In this document: positions 9,437-19,884 of the stretch, piece by piece
Layout: every line of letters begins with the position of its first letter
Position numbering within the stretch: the first letter of the stretch is position 1
DNA from: an uncultured candidate division Zixibacteria bacterium
Lineage (GTDB): Bacteria; Zixibacteria; MSB-5A5; GN15; PGXB01
DNA: 64,000 bases
Direction: 5' to 3'
Assembly (NCBI GenBank): GCA_963702205.1
Contig: OY969724.1
Coordinates: 517,602-581,601, forward strand
Made by a program: the position numbers and the translations under genes
The notes under the pieces: model-generated
The model's input: only the letters and a program-made list of their open reading frames with translations
The model's database searches: none
Told to the model about the DNA's origin: nothing

Positions 9437-9741
9437 TAACATTCCTCCTGTTTATTTCATTGAAAAAGCGGATTTATCGCGCTTTCGGTGGCAGGCATAA
9501 ATCCATCCATTATTGTGGATTACGTTTCAAATTTAATAAGGTTTAAAGATATACGAATATTTATTTCCATCAAGACTTATAATCAGCGGTTTTGGGCGGC
9601 GATGTCCAAATACTTTAACGCCCGGATTTTGGGACACAATATATAGAAGTGGTCCCGAACGAGGCAGCCGTAAGGCGGCCGGGATAGGCGATTTTATCCA
9701 AAAAAATCACGATTTATGCCCCCCTTTAAGGCAAATACCTA

Positions 9742-9769
9742 TTGACAAACCCCGGAAAATTTCTAAAAT
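9742..9769 (+). promoter_or_regulatory. sigma-70-like promoter candidate upstream of gdhA
   Basis: TTGACA (9742..9747), a 16-nt spacer and TAAAAT (9764..9769) lie about 80 nt upstream of the gdhA ATG. The promoter consensus of this lineage is unknown. Confidence 0.35.
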
Positions 9770-9834
9770 AGACTGACAAAATGAACTTGTGAAATTTTTA
9801 ACAAACTATTTTGCGATACTAAAACACAATCTGA

Positions 9835-11190
<1,356 letters not shown>

Positions 11191-11220
11191 TTAAGACGTT
11201 ACGTGCTTTATATACACGAA

Positions 11221-11250
11221 GCGGGAGTCATCCGACTCCCGCTTTTTATT
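11221..11250 (+). terminator. rho-independent terminator of gdhA
   Basis: The stem gcgggagtc/gactcccgc is 9 bp with loop atcc, followed by tttttatt, 30 nt after the stop. Confidence 0.8.
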
Positions 11251-11268
11251 TGCACTATACTTGAACCA

Positions 11269-11401
11269 GTAGGTCGGGTTCTGAATCCCGTGCAACGGGA
11301 TGAAAAACCCGACATCTTTAATAATGTCATTCCCCAAATACCCTCTAATGTCATTCCCTAAATGTCCCCCAAAATGTCATTCCCGACTTGATCGGGAATC
11401 C
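11269..11401 (+). repeat. composite ~133-bp repeat, copy 1 (GTAG-headed nested hairpin, three aatgtcattcc motifs, attcccga/tcgggaat hairpin)
   Basis: gtaggtcgggttctgaatcccgtgcaacgggatgaaaaacccgacatc...tgtcattcccgacttgatcgggaatcc is nearly identical to 11750..11882, with a shorter copy at 13992..14100. Confidence 0.9.
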
Positions 11402-11749
11402 ATCTTCTTCTTTCAAATCTTGTAACCCACCCAACGGGTGGTTGGTTATGAATATGCACCTGCGTAAGGAACCCTACCCTAAAGGGCCTGTTGAAAAAGG
11501 GGTACAAATATGTTCCATCAGGTGCTGATCCCGACGAAATCGGGATTGATGCCTGACGGCCCTTTGCCCTCAATACTCTTAAGACTGTCAGGTCACACGC
11601 CCCGATAAATCGGGACGCAAGACCTGGCAGAACTGAAACTCGTACGTTGTGATCGGCGGGTCCTCGGACCCGCCGACAACCCGGTCGGTCTGAGGACCAA
11701 CCGGGCACAACGCCGGGACACAGGACCTGACAGAACGGTTGAAACTCCG
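11402..11749. repeat. hairpin-dense non-coding segment between repeat copies 1 and 2
   Basis: Successive palindromes are ccaccc-aac-gggtgg, atcccga-cgaa-atcgggat and gtcaggtc..ccccgataaatcgggac..gacctgg (also at 61985 and 14352). ggcgggtcctcggacccgcc (also at 14236) and cccggt..accggg follow. The ORFs called here are artefacts of repeated DNA. Confidence 0.8.
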
Positions 11750-11882
11750 GTAGGTCGGGTTCTGAATCCCGTGTAACGGGATGAAAAACCCGACATCTTT
11801 AATAATGTCATTCCCCAAATACCCTCAAATGTTATTCCCTAAATGTCCCCCAAAATGTCATTCCCGACTTGATCGGGAATCC
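11750..11882 (+). repeat. composite ~133-bp repeat, copy 2
   Basis: Same orientation as copy 1, 481 bp downstream, with only a handful of substitutions. Confidence 0.9.
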
Positions 11883-12030
11883 GGTTCATAGTCTGGCAGA
11901 TCATGCAATCATTTTGTGAATGTCGACGAACCCGACCTATTTTTTGCTGACATAGGTTTAATAATTGCGAAAATCAACAAGAGTGGCAATTTATAATCTT
12001 ATTTGAGAATTTATCGGCTTAAGTTCATTA

Positions 12031-12417
12031 TTAGTCATTAGAGAAATTCTCTGCAAAAAAATCTTTTATATCTTGAGGCGTTCTTTTCGAATTCATTAGC
12101 CCTTCTTGAAGTTCTTTAATTTTTGCGTCATCGAATTTTTCTCGTGGCTCAATCATTCGCCCTTTAACGCGTCTAATAATATCTTCTTTTTTAAGTATTC
12201 TGGCATCCGAGAAACTAACAACAGTTTCGTGTCTAATAAAATTATGATCGCCTGGCAAAAGTATAACTGTAGTATCAGAATGAGTTTTTCTAGAAGTTAA
12301 ATAAACGACAATGACTTCTTCGGAAATGTCCGTTGCGGGAGTAATAACCACCCAGAGATGACCGTTCAATAAGAAAGTAGAGCCGCAACAACAATCGAAA
12401 TTTACTTGATTAATCAA
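12031..12417 (-). CDS. candidate toxin partner of the Panacea antitoxin (family not recognised)
   Basis: 128-aa ORF whose TTG start overlaps the upstream gene's stop by 8 nt (aTGTTTGATTAAtcaa). It lies in AT-rich sequence. The layout GHLWVVITP...VIVVYLTSRKTHSDTTVILLPGDHNFIRHETVVSFSDARIL resembles small beta-barrel toxins only loosely. Confidence 0.6.
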   Translation of the reverse strand: MINQVNFDCCCGSTFLLNGHLWVVITPATDISEEVIVVYLTSRKTHSDTTVILLPGDHNFIRHETVVSFSDARILKKEDIIRRVKGRMIEPREKFDDAKIKELQEGLMNSKRTPQDIKDFFAENFSND

Positions 12418-12958
12418 ACATTTGATCCAATAGTGCTATGTTTTCCAAATCGTTAATTATTGCTTCAATTTCGGCCTCTGTCTTATTACTTGCCCGCAAA
12501 ATTTCTCTATAATCAATCCTAATGGATGATCCTTCGGGGTTTTCCCATTCGCCTAATGAATGTGTAAAGTCTCTAAGCTCCCAACGCGACTTACATCCAA
12601 ATTCATTAAATATATCAATTAGGATTTGTTTCTCTGCCTCAGATAATTTTCCAATTCCAGGGTCTTCCTTAAGTGTGACTTCATGATTTGTCGGTGGAGT
12701 AATGAATTTGTTCCAGTAATCTCCGGCATTGGATTCCCCGTGCATTAGATTAAGAGTCATACTCAATACTGGTCCCTGATCCATTGAAACACATGAATCA
12801 AACGTTATTGGCCTTCCCAGACGATTAAGAGACTCCCGCTCCGAAAGATAAAGCAATTTCATAAGCTTAAGATGACTCATCGTATTGTTATTACCCCTAA
12901 GCTTTAGCAAAAAGGCTGCAGCCTGAGTGGCTTTATCTTCTCTAAATGATGGTTTCAT
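12410..12958 (-). CDS. Panacea-domain (DUF4065, SocA/GepA-like) antitoxin
   Basis: 182 aa. The core HLKLMKLLYLSERESLNRLGRPITFDSCVSMDQGPVLSMTLNLM matches the KLxKLLYxA...G.P....F.A...GPV pattern of DUF4065. Confidence 0.75.
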   Translation of the reverse strand: MKPSFREDKATQAAAFLLKLRGNNNTMSHLKLMKLLYLSERESLNRLGRPITFDSCVSMDQGPVLSMTLNLMHGESNAGDYWNKFITPPTNHEVTLKEDPGIGKLSEAEKQILIDIFNEFGCKSRWELRDFTHSLGEWENPEGSSIRIDYREILRASNKTEAEIEAIINDLENIALLDQMFD

Positions 12959-13013
12959 GGCTATTAATAATATCGACTAAAAACCCTTTATTCACAATCA
13001 CATTTTCTATAGT

Positions 13014-13043
13014 ATTATACACCTATCTTTAGAAACGTGTCAA
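13014..13043 (-). promoter_or_regulatory. sigma-70-like promoter candidate for the antitoxin-toxin operon
   Basis: On the minus strand, TTGACA (13043..13038), an 18-nt spacer and TATAAT (13019..13014) lie about 55 nt upstream of the ATG at 12958. Confidence 0.4.
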
Positions 13044-13065
13044 TTACAAATTGCTCAGCCCTTTT

Positions 13066-13099
13066 GTCGGGTTTCTCGAAGACTCGGAACCCGACCTAC
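13066..13099 (-). repeat. REP-like hairpin (GTAG head on the minus strand)
   Basis: gtcgggtttctc-gaagact-cggaacccgacctac has the same stem as copies at 14176..14219, 17654..17698 and 63026..63070, but a different loop. Confidence 0.8.
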
Positions 13100-13155
13100 T
13101 TTTGGCTTTTTAATTTGATTTATGGGCCACTATCGTTATTTATTAATTCCATAAA

Positions 13156-13953
13156 TTGGAGCACTCCTTGACCGACGGAAAACAACAATTTCAGGATCTG
13201 GCCGGGGCATATCAAAAATGCCGGCCGTCATATCCGGATGAAATATTCCGGACTCTGCACCGCTACGTGTCCGCCGCTGGACTCTCAACCCGGCGCATCA
13301 TCGACGTCGGTTCCGGCACCGGCATCTCGACCCGTCTCCTCGCTCAAAATTTCGGACAAGAGTACAGCATTATCGGCGTCGAACCGGGCAAAGCCATGCT
13401 CGAACAGGCCCACGCCGGCTCTGGCGAATTCAAAAATATAACCTTCGTCAACGGTGCGGCCGAAAATCTTCCGATCGAAACCGCCTCCGCCGAACTTATA
13501 ACCGTGGCACAGGCGGCCCATTGGTTCGACCGCGGCCTCTTCTATGCCGAAACCGCGCGCATTCTCGAACCCGGCGGCTATCTGGGCATCATGCAAAACA
13601 ATCGCCGCTGGGACGAAGACGAATTCCAGGGCCTTTTCGAAGATTTCCTCGAGAAGTACAGCCCCAACTATACCCGTTATTACCGCGATTTCGATTTCCT
13701 CGGTGAGCTACAAAACTCCGATCATTTCAATAACGCCGAAAAAATAGTCGAACGCTGGGAGCGGAGCATGACCGCCGATGAATTTGTCGGGCTGTGCCTG
13801 TCGACAACATACATAGACCGCATCGTAAAAAAACTCGGCCGCGATGAAACGGTTGTTCTCATACGAAAGCTGATTTCGGCGCATCATAAAACCGGTCAGC
13901 CGGTCGTCGTCCCCTACCGCACCGAGCTATATCTCGCCCGGCGCAGCAAATAG
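13156..13953 (+). CDS. class I SAM-dependent methyltransferase
   Basis: 265 aa with motif I (IIDVGSGTGISTRLLAQ) and post-I/II spacing typical of the Methyltransf_11/25 type. The TTG start at 13156 is uncertain. Confidence 0.85.
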   Translation: MEHSLTDGKQQFQDLAGAYQKCRPSYPDEIFRTLHRYVSAAGLSTRRIIDVGSGTGISTRLLAQNFGQEYSIIGVEPGKAMLEQAHAGSGEFKNITFVNGAAENLPIETASAELITVAQAAHWFDRGLFYAETARILEPGGYLGIMQNNRRWDEDEFQGLFEDFLEKYSPNYTRYYRDFDFLGELQNSDHFNNAEKIVERWERSMTADEFVGLCLSTTYIDRIVKKLGRDETVVLIRKLISAHHKTGQPVVVPYRTELYLARRSK

Positions 13954-13991
13954 CAGAAACTAATCCGATACAAATGTTCCGGTAGGTCGGG

Positions 13992-14100
13992 TTCTGAATC
14001 CCGTATAACGGGATGAAAAACCCGACATCTCCAATTAAGTCATTCTGCAAATGCCCCTTATAATGTCATTCCCGACTTGATCGGGAATCCATCTTGGTTT
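13992..14100 (+). repeat. composite repeat, copy 3 (shorter)
   Basis: gtaggtcgggttctgaatcccgtataacgggatgaaaaacccgacatc...taatgtcattcccgacttgatcgggaatcc has the same orientation as copies 1 and 2. Confidence 0.9.
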
Positions 14101-14425
14101 TCCTGGATCCCCGCTTTCGCGAGGATGACATTAATATGGCGGTAATCTTCGTACGGCAGGAACCATGTTTTAATTGTCGGGTTTCTCCCCGACTTCGTCG
14201 GGATCGGAACCCGACCTACCTGTGTCTCGCGGGTGTTGTGGATTGGCGGGTCCTCGGACCCGCCGCCAACCCGGTCCCGATTTATCGGAATCGGGCACAA
14301 CGCCGGGATGCAATCCGCCATAAGACAAAGTCTTTTTGTCGGGTTTCTCTTCCCGATAAATCGGGACGCAGGACCTGTCAGAACGAAACCGCTCGCCCCG
14401 CCCGCAGCGATTGACAGCGGCGAAT
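14101..14425. repeat. hairpin-dense mosaic segment
   Basis: It contains gtcgggtttctc[cccgacttcgtcggg]atcggaacccgacctac (14176..14219) and ggcgggtcctcggacccgcc. It also contains cccgatttatcggaatcggg and gtcgggtttctcttcccgataaatcgggacgcaggacctgtcag. These modules are shared with 11402..11749. Confidence 0.8.
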
Positions 14426-14429
14426 CCTA

Positions 14430-17400
14430 TTGATATATTGCCTGCTTGCCGAAACAGGGTATATGCAAATGAACAACCGACCGGTCATAAATCTCAAAAA
14501 CTACGAAACTCGTTTCGCCCAGTTCGATTCGTTGATGCGGTTTCGTATCAAAAATATCCTGTTTGTAGCGTCCCTGTACGACGCCTATATCCTCGAAGAA
14601 GACGGACAGCTCGCCGAACTGGTCTCCAGCCGGTTTGTGGAGCTGAACCTGTCACTCGCGCCGCATGTCAAGCGCGTCACGACCGGCCTTGAGGCGCTTA
14701 ATCTCCTGCGCGAGAACAGCTACGATCTGGTCATCGTCTTTCGAGGTCTGAGCGATATCGACCTGGCGTCGTTCGCCACCGAGAGCAAAAGAATCAATCC
14801 CGACATCCCCGTTGCACTGCTGGCTTTCCACGCCCGCGAACTGGAGGTGCTCGAACACGGCTTCCCGGTCGGGGCCATCGACAAAGCCTTCTTCTGGACC
14901 GGTGACGTCAATATCGTGCTGACCATTGTCAAGCATTTCGAGGACAAGCGCAATGTGGACCACGACACCAAACTGCTCGGGGTCCGGGTGATAATTGTCA
15001 TCGAGGATTCGGTCCGATTTTATTCGGCCTACCTGCCGCTGATATATTCGGAAATCCTGTCTCAGACCCGGGCGCTGATGGCCGACGGTCTCAACCAGGC
15101 CGACAAAATTTTGCGTATGCGAGCCCGTCCCAAAATTCTCCTGGCCGATAATTTCGAGGAAGGCTGGGAGATGTTTTTGCGCTACAAGAAATTCCTGCTC
15201 GGCGTCATTTCCGACGTCCGCTATATCAGGAACGGCAAGCTCGACGATACGGCCGGGATGGCGTTCGCCAAGCTGGCCCGCCTGGAAGTGCCCGACCTCC
15301 CGATATTGCTGCAGTCCTCGGATCCCAAGTATAAAAATCTGGCGCAGACGGCCGGGACCGCCTTTTTAAATAAAAACGCCCCCAATCTTTTGGGGCGTCT
15401 TCGGGCTTTCATCAAAAACAATTTCGGGTTCGGGGCGTTCGTGTTTCGTATGCCCGACGGCGGCGAAGTGGGGCGCGCCGAGGATTTCTATGATATGGAG
15501 CAGGCGCTCCAGAAAATCCCCGCCGAATCGATTATCTATCACGCCAATCGCAACCATTTTTCGAACTGGCTTATGGCCCGCACCGAATTCGACCTCGCCG
15601 CCAGAATTCGGCCCCGCACGGTTTCCGAATTCAAGGGTGCCGAAGCCCTGCGCAATTTCCTGATCGAATCGTTCCGTGGTTTCCGCCGTGCCCAACAGGC
15701 GGGAATTGTCACCGATTTCCGCCGTGATCAGTTCGAAAACGATGCCGCTTTCCTGCGCATTGGCGAGGGATCGCTCGGGGGCAAGGGCCGCGGTCTGGCG
15801 TTTATCAACAGCCTGATGAGCCGTTACCAGGTTTTCGAGGCTTTCGAGGGCTTTCGCGTATCGGTCCCGCGTTCGACCGTGATCGCCACGTCGGTTTTCG
15901 ATAACTTCATGGAGGCCAACGACCTGTATGATTTCGCGCTCGAAGACAACAGCGATGATGATATCGCCGCCGCCTTTTTGAAAGCCAAAATGCCGAAGGA
16001 TACGCTCGTCGATCTTAAAATATACCTGGAATCAACCAAGTATCCTCTGGCGGTGCGGTCGTCGTCGCTTCTCGAGGATTCGCACTATCAGCCGTTCGCC
16101 GGTATATTCATCACACACATGCTGCCGAACAATCATGACAATATCAAAATCCGGCTCAAGCGGCTCGAAGAAGCCATTAAGTACACGTACGCCTCGATCT
16201 ATTTCCGCAATTCCAAAAATTACATAGAGACTACCGGCAACCGGGTCGAGGAAGAAAAAATGGCCGTGATTCTTCAAAAGGTCGTCGGGGCCGAACGCCA
16301 CGGAGCGTACTATCCCGTCTTCTCCGGCATCGCGCGGTCGTACAACTTCTACCCGGTCGGCAATATGAAGCCCGACGAGGGCGTCGCCTATATCGCCCTG
16401 GGGCTGGGTAAGACGGTGGTCGACGGCAGCAAATGCCTGCGTTTTTCACCATCGCGCCCGCACGTCCTGCCGCAGTTTGGCACGACCAAAGACATGCTGA
16501 CCAACTCGCAGAAGGATTTTTATGCCATCGACATGACCAAACCCGAAATGCACCCCGACGCCACCGGTGAAAGCAGCCTGATCAAACTCGAAATCTCCCA
16601 CGCCGAAAAAGACGGGACGCTGAAATATGTCGGGTCATCGGTACTCCCGCCAGAACGACCGGGTGTACGACGGCATTGGCCGGGCCGGGGCACGGATGGT
16701 GACCTTCGCACCGATACTCAAATCACGCAGCTATGCCATCGACGAAATCCTGCGTTTCCTTTTGCAGCTGGGCACCAGTGCCATGGCCTGCCCGGTGGAA
16801 ATCGAGTTCGCCGCCGAGATGTCCGCCGAACACGGTAAGAAAAACAAATTTTCGTTCCTTCAGATACGCCCCATGGGCCTCGAAATGGCCCACGAGGAAA
16901 TCTCGCTGGAAAGCCTGCCCGACGAGCGCGTCATCTGCCGGTGCAATCAGTCGCTGTCGCACGGACGGATCAACGGTTTGCGCGACATAATCATGATCCG
17001 GCCGGACAAATTCGATCGCTCCAATATGGTCAAGATGGCCCGGCAGATCGGTAAGTACAATCAAAAGATGAAAGAATCCGGGCGACAGTACTTACTCATC
17101 GGGCCCGGCCGCTGGGGTTCGGCCGACCACTGGCTGGGGATACCGGTCGTCTGGGCGGAAATCTCCGCGGCACGGGTGATCGTCGAGGCGGCCTATGGTG
17201 ACTTTGTCGTGACGCCGTCGTATGGCACGCATTTCTTCCAGAATATAATATCGCTCAATACCGGCTATTTCACCGTCACGCAGACCTATCCGGAAAATTA
17301 CATCGATATGGACTGGCTTCTGGAGCAGCCGTACGAGGACCAGACCGGCGGCATCCGGCACATTGTCCTCGAAAAACCGCTGGATATCTATATCGACGGC

Positions 17401-17436
17401 CGCGACGGCAAAGCGGCGATTCTCAAATCGGCCTGA
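14430..17436 (+). pseudogene. receiver-like domain plus PEP/pyruvate-binding (PPDK_N-type) protein, split by a +1 frameshift near 16640
   Basis: Frame A (14430..16838) reads sensibly to ...GTLKYVGSS and then turns into Arg/Pro-rich nonsense. Frame B (16627..17436) reads YSRQNDRVYDGIGRAGARMVTFAPILK... from the same point. Family motifs are GGKGRGLAFIN and LAVRSSSLLEDS. The likely true start is the ATG at 14463. Confidence 0.75.
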
Positions 17437-17497
17437 TATATCTCTATTGAAAACGTCGTATGTCTTTGCTATTGAATTCCCATTCGGGATTTATGTG

Positions 17498-17698
17498 CTG
17501 TCAGGAGCCCTTTTTCCCGCACTGTCAGGAACCCTTTCCTGACAGAAAGAAGCAATTCTTGTAGCTCACCCAACGGGTGAGTGAGTATGTTATGGCAACC
17601 CAATTGGTTCGACAGCAAAAAGTAGGTCTGATTCCGAGTGAAGCGTAGGAAAAGTAGGTCGGGTTCCGAGTGGAGCGAAGCGTAACGAGAAACCCGAC
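17498..17698. repeat. REP-like hairpin cluster between convergent genes
   Basis: It holds ctgtcagga-accctt-tcctgacag (perfect 9-bp stem) and tcaccc-aac-gggtga. Two tandem GTAG-headed units follow: agtaggtctgattccgagtgaagcg and agtaggtcgggttccgagtggagcgaagcgtaacgagaaacccgac. Confidence 0.8.
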
Positions 17699-17705
17699 GG
17701 CTCTT

Positions 17706-18464
17706 TCAATCACCCGCAACATCGTTGACGGCATCTATGTACGCGCAATAATCGCAATGCGATGACGCCTCCGGAATGACAGCACTATTCAAACATTTAA
17801 ATACATCCAAAATTACGCCTTCTATCCACCCATCATTTCCGGTGTACGGTATAAGCGTCAGATCGAATTCCAGCCTGGCGTCGAACGCGGCACTGTCAGC
17901 CTTACCATTGCAGTACAAAAAATACCCGATATCGGAAACATCAAAGCCGTTGTGTCTTAAAAGCCACTGATAGATTTCCATCTGGCGTTTGTACCCTGCG
18001 TGCCAGTCTTTATCGAGCGCCAATATTGCCTCGGATTTGGACGTGGACTTATAATCGACCACGATCAATTCACCGTCCGGATTCTGCCAGACGTCGTCGA
18101 TGGCCCCATGGATTAACAAATTTGTCGGCTCGTGGAGATACTGAACACCGGTGAAATTGTGCCGCCATTTATCGAGGTCGGGGTGGGCGTACGGGACAGC
18201 CTCGACACCGTACTGCTCCATCAGCGGATGGCGGGTTCCTCTGGCGCGATAGGAATCGAATTCGGTCTTGAGCAGACTATCGACCGCCGAATTCAGATTG
18301 AACGGAAACCCCGGCGGCCGCCCGACGCCAAGTTTGCGGTCGATGTAGAAACAGCGCGGACACTCGACAAACAGGTCGATTTTGGACCGACTCAGCTTAT
18401 ACGGTTTCTCCTCTCCGCTCTTATACAAATTCCGCGTTCTCTGTGGGTTGTAGTAGTCTGACAT
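17706..18464 (-). CDS. PD-(D/E)XK nuclease family protein with terminal CxxC pairs (Cas4/RecB-exonuclease-like)
   Basis: 252 aa with the nuclease core HGAIDDVW...GELIVVDYKST (D...D/ExK). CPRC lies near the N-terminus and CDYC near the C-terminus, as in iron-staple or Zn-stabilised Cas4/AddB-type nucleases. Confidence 0.75.
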   Translation of the reverse strand: MSDYYNPQRTRNLYKSGEEKPYKLSRSKIDLFVECPRCFYIDRKLGVGRPPGFPFNLNSAVDSLLKTEFDSYRARGTRHPLMEQYGVEAVPYAHPDLDKWRHNFTGVQYLHEPTNLLIHGAIDDVWQNPDGELIVVDYKSTSKSEAILALDKDWHAGYKRQMEIYQWLLRHNGFDVSDIGYFLYCNGKADSAAFDARLEFDLTLIPYTGNDGWIEGVILDVFKCLNSAVIPEASSHCDYCAYIDAVNDVAGD

Positions 18465-18504
18465 ATTGGTTGCCTATAAATATAAACTTCAGCATCAACA
18501 CTAA

Positions 18505-18960
18505 TTATGTGAGGAACAAATCAGGAGATTCTGATTTGATACGATTTAAAAAATATCTCATGGTTTCCGGCCATAATAAAGCTGCATTTGTTGGGCTGAC
18601 CGGAGGCGGTGTCCATTTCCCTGTAATATTGCCATTGTTTACTGAACCATTAATATATAAAAATTCATGAATTGGGGATTCTATATCATCATTCAGTACA
18701 TTAAAGCGGGTTTCGTCGATTTGTGTATTGGGTTTGTCGACTACCAAGCCCTTCAAATAAAGTAAGATTGGTGTCCAGCTATTATGAGAATATCCCCATA
18801 CATGGCTCAACTCATATAAAGAAAGATTTTCTTTCTTTTGCCTCGGTTTTAAATCTATAACAATGGCGCAATCAGGTTTTCCATATTGAATCAATTCTTT
18901 TCTCACATCGACATGCCATTTGCAAGGCTCATTAAGATCAATATTTTCCTGTTGTACCAA
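18505..18960 (-). CDS. hypothetical protein (AT-rich islet)
   Basis: 151-aa ORF that starts only at a TTG with no convincing SD. I recognise no motif. Coding status rests on ORF length in AT-rich DNA. Confidence 0.45.
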   Translation of the reverse strand: MVQQENIDLNEPCKWHVDVRKELIQYGKPDCAIVIDLKPRQKKENLSLYELSHVWGYSHNSWTPILLYLKGLVVDKPNTQIDETRFNVLNDDIESPIHEFLYINGSVNNGNITGKWTPPPVSPTNAALLWPETMRYFLNRIKSESPDLFLT

Positions 18961-18971
18961 TAATTTTGGGA

Positions 18972-19064
18972 TTATTCCGAATTACACCCAAAAAGAGATA
19001 CTTGCTCTTTTCTTAAATACTCAACACAATTGGATTCTCCGTGGTATTCATAAAGATAGTACAT
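18972..19064 (-). CDS. candidate 30-aa small ORF with a strong SD
   Basis: aaaggagg, 6 nt, then the ATG at 19064. The product is MYYLYEYHGESNCVEYLRKEQVSLFGCNSE, and the stop lies 11 nt before the TTG of the 151-aa ORF in a different frame. Confidence 0.3.
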   Translation of the reverse strand: MYYLYEYHGESNCVEYLRKEQVSLFGCNSE

Positions 19065-19103
19065 TACCCGCCTCCTTTAAGAAATTCATCAGGAACACAA
19101 TAA

Positions 19104-19187
19104 CCCCGACCTTGTTGAAACTAACAATCGAAATATATGCTCATATACAGCCAATTCGCAACCCATAAATGCTCGCAAAGCGAGGTG
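19104..19187 (-). repeat. 84-bp promoter-like module, copy A
   Basis: ccccgaccttgttgaaactaacaatcgaaatatatgctcatatacagccaattcgcaacccataaatgctcgcaaagcgaggtg shows about 8 mismatches to 19885..19968. On the minus strand it reads TTGCGA, 18 nt, TATATT. Confidence 0.8.
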
Positions 19188-19261
19188 CCCCGCCCCTTCA
19201 GACGTGGGATATTTCCACTCCAAACAAGTTTGGAGTGGCCACCCGTCGCCGAAAGCCTGGA

Positions 19262-19828
19262 TTACTCTAACCCAAACCAACTCTTCAGAAATTTAAATTT
19301 ACCTATCCTGTTTTTCTTTTTTGCTATATCACTCACTTCAAAATTATATTCATATAAATTATTACATTTATACTTCTTACCGCTGAGATCTTTGACTTCA
19401 GCCTTTATTGGGACTGCATATCTAACCCAAAGATCTTTAACATCCTTCGGAGTAAAATCACCGCCCCCCAATAGTTGATCAACGCTACCTGCGAAAATTT
19501 CAACCTCACAACTCGACCCAGGGTTTAATGGATAAGGGATTTGATCCATCCCAAGCCAATCTGTATCATACACTTGGATTTTGCGACCATTTCCTTCCAA
19601 TAAAAAACTATCTTTGTCAATAAGGATCGGTTTTCCTCCTATATTCGTCATTCGAAAAATTATCATAATTGAATCTGTATGTTCAAATATCGGCTCTGCA
19701 TCCTTGAATTTGGATTCATATGTGATCTCTAAGTGAATTGCTAGTTTTTTCCGCCTTTCCCATCTGGTCAAAACTAAAATGAAAATACTTAACGCAAAAC
19801 CTAAAATACCAATTATGTCTGCTGTCAT
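19262..19828 (-). CDS. membrane-anchored hypothetical protein (N-terminal TM helix plus beta-rich domain)
   Basis: I prefer the ATG at 19828 (gagg, 6 nt, ATG) over the track start, which lies inside the repeat. The protein begins MTADIIGILGFALSIFILVLTRWERRKK. Motifs FRMTNIGGKPILIDKDSF and NPGSSCEVEIF are echoed in the 262-aa protein at 26315..27103. Confidence 0.65.
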   Translation of the reverse strand: MTADIIGILGFALSIFILVLTRWERRKKLAIHLEITYESKFKDAEPIFEHTDSIMIIFRMTNIGGKPILIDKDSFLLEGNGRKIQVYDTDWLGMDQIPYPLNPGSSCEVEIFAGSVDQLLGGGDFTPKDVKDLWVRYAVPIKAEVKDLSGKKYKCNNLYEYNFEVSDIAKKKNRIGKFKFLKSWFGLE

Positions 19829-19884
19829 TTGTACCTCAGAACTCTGAGTTGGCCACCCAAACCAATGCACATCATCTCGCGAAG

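Noticed and set aside
11320-11385. Possible CRISPR-like array from the thrice-repeated aatgtcattcc motif (also considered for the 81-bp units at 6516..6689)
   Set aside because: The repeats are only about 11 nt with a period of about 25 nt, or are tRNA-derived. There are no 25-40-nt repeat/spacer alternations and no cas genes. This is not a CRISPR array.
11358-14414. ORFs of 60-116 aa inside the repeat islands (for example 11358..11708, 11588..11818, 13859..14050, 14058..14321, 14094..14414; also 61975..62334 and 62732..63082)
   Set aside because: They lie wholly in palindromic repeat DNA. They share peptides (for example ASRFIGACDLT) only because the DNA unit is repeated, and they lack SDs and start contexts.
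16627-17436. 269-aa ORF as an independent gene
   Set aside because: Its first ~10 codons overlap the sensible end of the upstream frame. Its sequence continues the same PEP/pyruvate-binding-family protein. I treat it as the downstream part of a frameshifted gene.
18960-19064. Fusing the 30-aa ORF and the 151-aa ORF into one frameshifted gene
   Set aside because: The two frames are simultaneously open over only about 12 nt (18972..18984), so a random frameshift would have to fall exactly there. Without homologues I keep them as separate ORFs.
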